A stretch of 11,537 nucleotides of DNA, taken from NCBI GenBank assembly GCA_033762295.1, contig JANRLW010000005.1, positions 1 to 11,537 of the forward strand. Reading direction: 5' to 3'. Position 1 is the stretch's first letter; each line of letters starts with the position of its first letter. The translations under genes and the position numbers were made by a program. Shown here one piece after another: positions 7,843-11,537 of this stretch. A model generated the notes under the pieces. The model was not told the origin of the DNA and searched no databases. It saw nothing but the letters and a program-made list of their open reading frames with translations. The DNA comes from Capsulimonadales bacterium (GTDB lineage: Bacteria > Armatimonadota > Armatimonadia > Armatimonadales > Armatimonadaceae).

Positions 7843-8382
7843 TTACAGTTCCGCCAATGTCCGATCGGTTGCCTCGACCAACTCTTTGAGGAACTTAATA
7901 GATTTTTCCAGGTCATCACGCCGCACCGCGTGCGGTGCGGGAGTACCCGTGGAAAGAGGCTTGGACCGATGCACGACATCCCCCCGTTTGGCGATGAGGG
8001 AATCAAGCTGATTTTTCGCTTTCGCCATATCGAAGTGTTGCCACATCCAACCGACCGTGACATCGACATCGAGAAAATCAAGAAAAATCCGTCGGGTTTG
8101 CGCTGAATTGGGAGTATGAAAACGTTTGAGTTCCTCCTCTAACTTCCCTTCGATGTATTTGCCGACATAGCTGCCCTCCACTACACGAAGTCGCTGCCGC
8201 ATCTCCTCTCGAACGCGGTCTTCGACATACGTTTCCCAGGCGGTCAAAGCCAGAATCAATCCCGCGCGCTTGAGTACCTCCGCGTTCTCCGGAGAACTCT
8301 GTTTATGGACCGTATCGAACAGCGCGAGAAGGGATTCCGCGTCCTTAATCGAATAATCGAACACCGCTTTCGCTTTTGACAT
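7843..8382 (-). CDS. Stand-alone HEPN domain protein (RiboL-PSP-HEPN-like), predicted endoribonuclease
   Basis: 179 aa, predicted helical. LKRAGLILALTAWETYVED helix with conserved Glu residues and an Rx4H motif RGDVVH. GGAGG SD 8 nt before ATG 8382. About 54% GC by hand count over 7861-8340. Confidence 0.8.
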   Translation of the reverse strand: MSKAKAVFDYSIKDAESLLALFDTVHKQSSPENAEVLKRAGLILALTAWETYVEDRVREEMRQRLRVVEGSYVGKYIEGKLEEELKRFHTPNSAQTRRIFLDFLDVDVTVGWMWQHFDMAKAKNQLDSLIAKRGDVVHRSKPLSTGTPAPHAVRRDDLEKSIKFLKELVEATDRTLAEL

Positions 8383-8469
8383 GACGGATGCCTCCGGCAG
8401 GACGGATACCTGCCCGGTGAAAAATGGGGGGTCAGGGGACCGTCGGAAGAACGTCACCCGAATCCCGGT

Positions 8470-9522
8470 TCAGGATGAACCGCTATTGAGCAGGACGGCG
8501 GCGTTCAGCAGATCGAGGCCCGCGGTCTGCGTGATGGCGTTGAAGATGCCGGGCCTCTCGGTCTCGTGCCAGTAGACGTTGACCAGATGGCCGTTTCCTC
8601 GCGCCGAGGAAATCACGGCGTCCGCGTTACCCATGATGAATTGCCGGATGGCGGCGCGACCGGGCGATCCCTCCTCCGGCAGCGACCCGGCGAGCGTCGC
8701 GAGATACCGGACGAAGATCCCTTTGAACTGTTGCTGGTCGGTGTTCGGTTCGTCGCCCGCTTCCTGAAGGATCGCGACGCCGTTTCGGGCGGGGGACATC
8801 CGTTCCATCACCGCGCCGGCGATCCGGCAGGCTTGCTCCAGGCAGGCACCGTCCTTCGTCGCCCGGTGCAGGTCGACCAGCCCGCCCAGAATCACCCCCT
8901 GATTGTAGGTCCACGTCGATCCGCCGTTATTTTTGCAGTCGTGCAGACCGTCGTTGATCAGGTGGTCCCGGTTAATCATCCCGGATCGGAGGAACCAGTC
9001 CCATTCGCGTTTCGCCCAGTCGAGATACATCTTTTTGCGAGTCTCACGATGCAGAAGCATCGCCAGGGTCAGAAACAGTTCGTTGGTGATGGCGTTCTTG
9101 TAGGTGCGTCCGTGGTTCCACCAGACGCCTCCGCCGCAGGTGTCGTCCCAGTACCGGGTCATCTCGGAGAAGACGGTTTCCGCCTGCGCCAGATGGCTCT
9201 TTTCTCGAAACAGGCGGGCGGCTTTGACCAGCGCGATACCGGCCCAACCGGCGTCGTCGTTTCCGTCGCTCAGGGCCTGTTCGATCAGCGGGCGGTTGGC
9301 GACGATCTTTTGCAGTTCGGGCAGGTATCGCCGGTCCTTGACGATGCGTGTGTAATCGAGCAGGGCTTCCGTCGTGTTCCAGGTGTTCCAGGAGTTCTGT
9401 TCCTTGCCCCAGCGGATGGTGGGTTCGGTGCGATACCAGTTTGTCTCCAGAACGTCGGCGATCGTTTGCGCCCACGAAACGTAAAGTTTATGCGAAGGCG
9501 AGGGACGGGATGATGCGGGCAA
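8470..9522 (-). CDS. Glycoside hydrolase family 76 protein (alpha-1,6-mannanase-like)
   Basis: Catalytic DD in NDDAGW, plus WDDTCGGGVWW, YKNAITNELF, WTYNQGVILG and FKGIFVRYL. TTG start with AGGAAGGA SD. Confidence 0.92.
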   Translation of the reverse strand: MPASSRPSPSHKLYVSWAQTIADVLETNWYRTEPTIRWGKEQNSWNTWNTTEALLDYTRIVKDRRYLPELQKIVANRPLIEQALSDGNDDAGWAGIALVKAARLFREKSHLAQAETVFSEMTRYWDDTCGGGVWWNHGRTYKNAITNELFLTLAMLLHRETRKKMYLDWAKREWDWFLRSGMINRDHLINDGLHDCKNNGGSTWTYNQGVILGGLVDLHRATKDGACLEQACRIAGAVMERMSPARNGVAILQEAGDEPNTDQQQFKGIFVRYLATLAGSLPEEGSPGRAAIRQFIMGNADAVISSARGNGHLVNVYWHETERPGIFNAITQTAGLDLLNAAVLLNSGSS

Positions 9523-9649
9523 TGTCGCGGTCCTTCCTGCACCGGGCGAACGATCGGTCCGTCACGAACGGTCGGCGATCGTGGTTCGATGCACGGTTGC
9601 CTTTTCGCCGAAAACCCCCTATATCCTTCAGGGAGGCGAGCAACGGAGG

Positions 9650-10138
9650 TTACGGGGTCTGCCGCGGCAGGAGCGACAGGAGGTAGGCGAGTGAGGCGGC
9701 GAGCGACGCGGCGGTGCGCAGGTGGTTCCACAGTGTCCATTGGGCGACGTAGCGAGTCCATAACGCCGCGCCTTCCGGACTGTTGGGATCGACCACGGCG
9801 AGCGCCTCGTTAAGCGGGACGTTGCAGGCGATCGTCACGCCGAACGTTCCCAGCACGTAAAGCGCGCCGCCGATCAGAACCGGGAGGGATACCGCCGGAC
9901 CGACCTGCGTCCAGGAGAGGAGGCACAGAACCAGGCTGACGATCGCCGTGCCGACGAAGACGCCGAGGAACCAGGGGTTGATGACGGTGCTATTGATCGA
10001 CTGCATCGCGGCGATTCCCTGCGGAGCGGGAAGGCGGGCCAGAGCCGACATCACGAAGGCGGAGAACGCGAAGAACGCGCCCGCGATCAGCCCCGAACCG
10101 ACCACCGATACCACCTTGATGCCGATCAGCCAGGCCAT
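9650..10138 (-). CDS. DUF1772 (anthrone oxygenase-like) membrane protein
   Basis: GLIAGAFFAFS..VM.AL, AMQSIN, NVPLNEAL and W..WNHLRT. Four hydrophobic segments. Confidence 0.88.
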   Translation of the reverse strand: MAWLIGIKVVSVVGSGLIAGAFFAFSAFVMSALARLPAPQGIAAMQSINSTVINPWFLGVFVGTAIVSLVLCLLSWTQVGPAVSLPVLIGGALYVLGTFGVTIACNVPLNEALAVVDPNSPEGAALWTRYVAQWTLWNHLRTAASLAASLAYLLSLLPRQTP

Positions 10139-10185
10139 ACCCCGAAGGATACCCCGGAACGCCTCCGTTCAAACGTCCTTTCGCC

Positions 10186-10204
10186 TTGAAAAACCCGTTT
10201 TCAA
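10186..10204. promoter_or_regulatory. Operator-like perfect inverted repeat TTGAAAA-N5-TTTTCAA between the divergent DUF1772 and tuf genes
   Basis: Read directly: TTGAAAA ACCCG TTTTCAA. Confidence 0.45.
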
Positions 10205-10224
10205 TACTGGCGGAGGGGGCATAT

Positions 10225-10235
10225 TGTGATATAAT
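10225..10235 (+). promoter_or_regulatory. Extended -10 sigma70-type promoter of tuf
   Basis: TGTGATATAAT is TG-TG-n plus a perfect TATAAT, about 110 nt upstream of the tuf ATG. Confidence 0.7.
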
Positions 10236-10346
10236 CGCCGGGGTCAACTCTCAAACGGTTGACGCACGGCTATCTTTTTCTCGCCAAGGTCGCCCGCTCG
10301 CACCTTGAAAACCAAACAGAACGCTTTCTAGAATCAGGACAGTACC

Positions 10347-11537
<1,191 letters not shown>

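Noticed and set aside
8383..8457. 25-aa N-terminal extension of the HEPN ORF
   Set aside because: ATG 8382 has a well-spaced GGAGG SD, and the extension looks like intergenic sequence.
8566..9513. 315-aa plus-strand ORF
   Set aside because: Antisense shadow of the GH76 gene.
9548..9587. Imperfect stem-loop ACGATCG...CGATCGT upstream of GH76, considered as a riboswitch or terminator
   Set aside because: No U-tract and no recognisable riboswitch consensus. CGATCG is very frequent throughout the window, so chance pairing is likely.
10139..10346. tRNA genes upstream of tuf
   Set aside because: No cloverleaf or T-loop GTTCRA pattern in a tRNA-like context.

Overview
High-GC bacterial chromosomal window of metabolic and housekeeping genes, with no mobile element, RNA gene or CRISPR array. 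The minus strand carries a membrane-anchored EEP phosphoesterase with an N-terminal TrxC-like Zn ribbon, then an overlapping nanE - ROK kinase - DUF4127 operon, then a GAF-domain signalling gene that runs off the window start. An AT-rich intergenic region with two candidate small ORFs follows. The remaining genes are an NADPH-dependent FMN reductase, a class I SAM methyltransferase, an rlmG homologue, a lower-GC stand-alone HEPN RNase, a GH76 hydrolase, a DUF1772 membrane protein, and tuf with its own extended -10 promoter. The most notable observations are: (1) an abrupt switch from C-ending to G-ending synonymous codons inside tuf; (2) a G257S substitution (E. coli numbering) in the thiopeptide-binding site of EF-Tu; (3) DUF4127 as a candidate unknown enzyme in a ManNAc pathway that lacks nanA; (4) the orphan HEPN RNase; (5) the Zn-ribbon/TM/EEP fusion, preceded by a 7-codon leader ORF rich in rare Arg codons. 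All family assignments come from motif recognition by eye; no database search was run.
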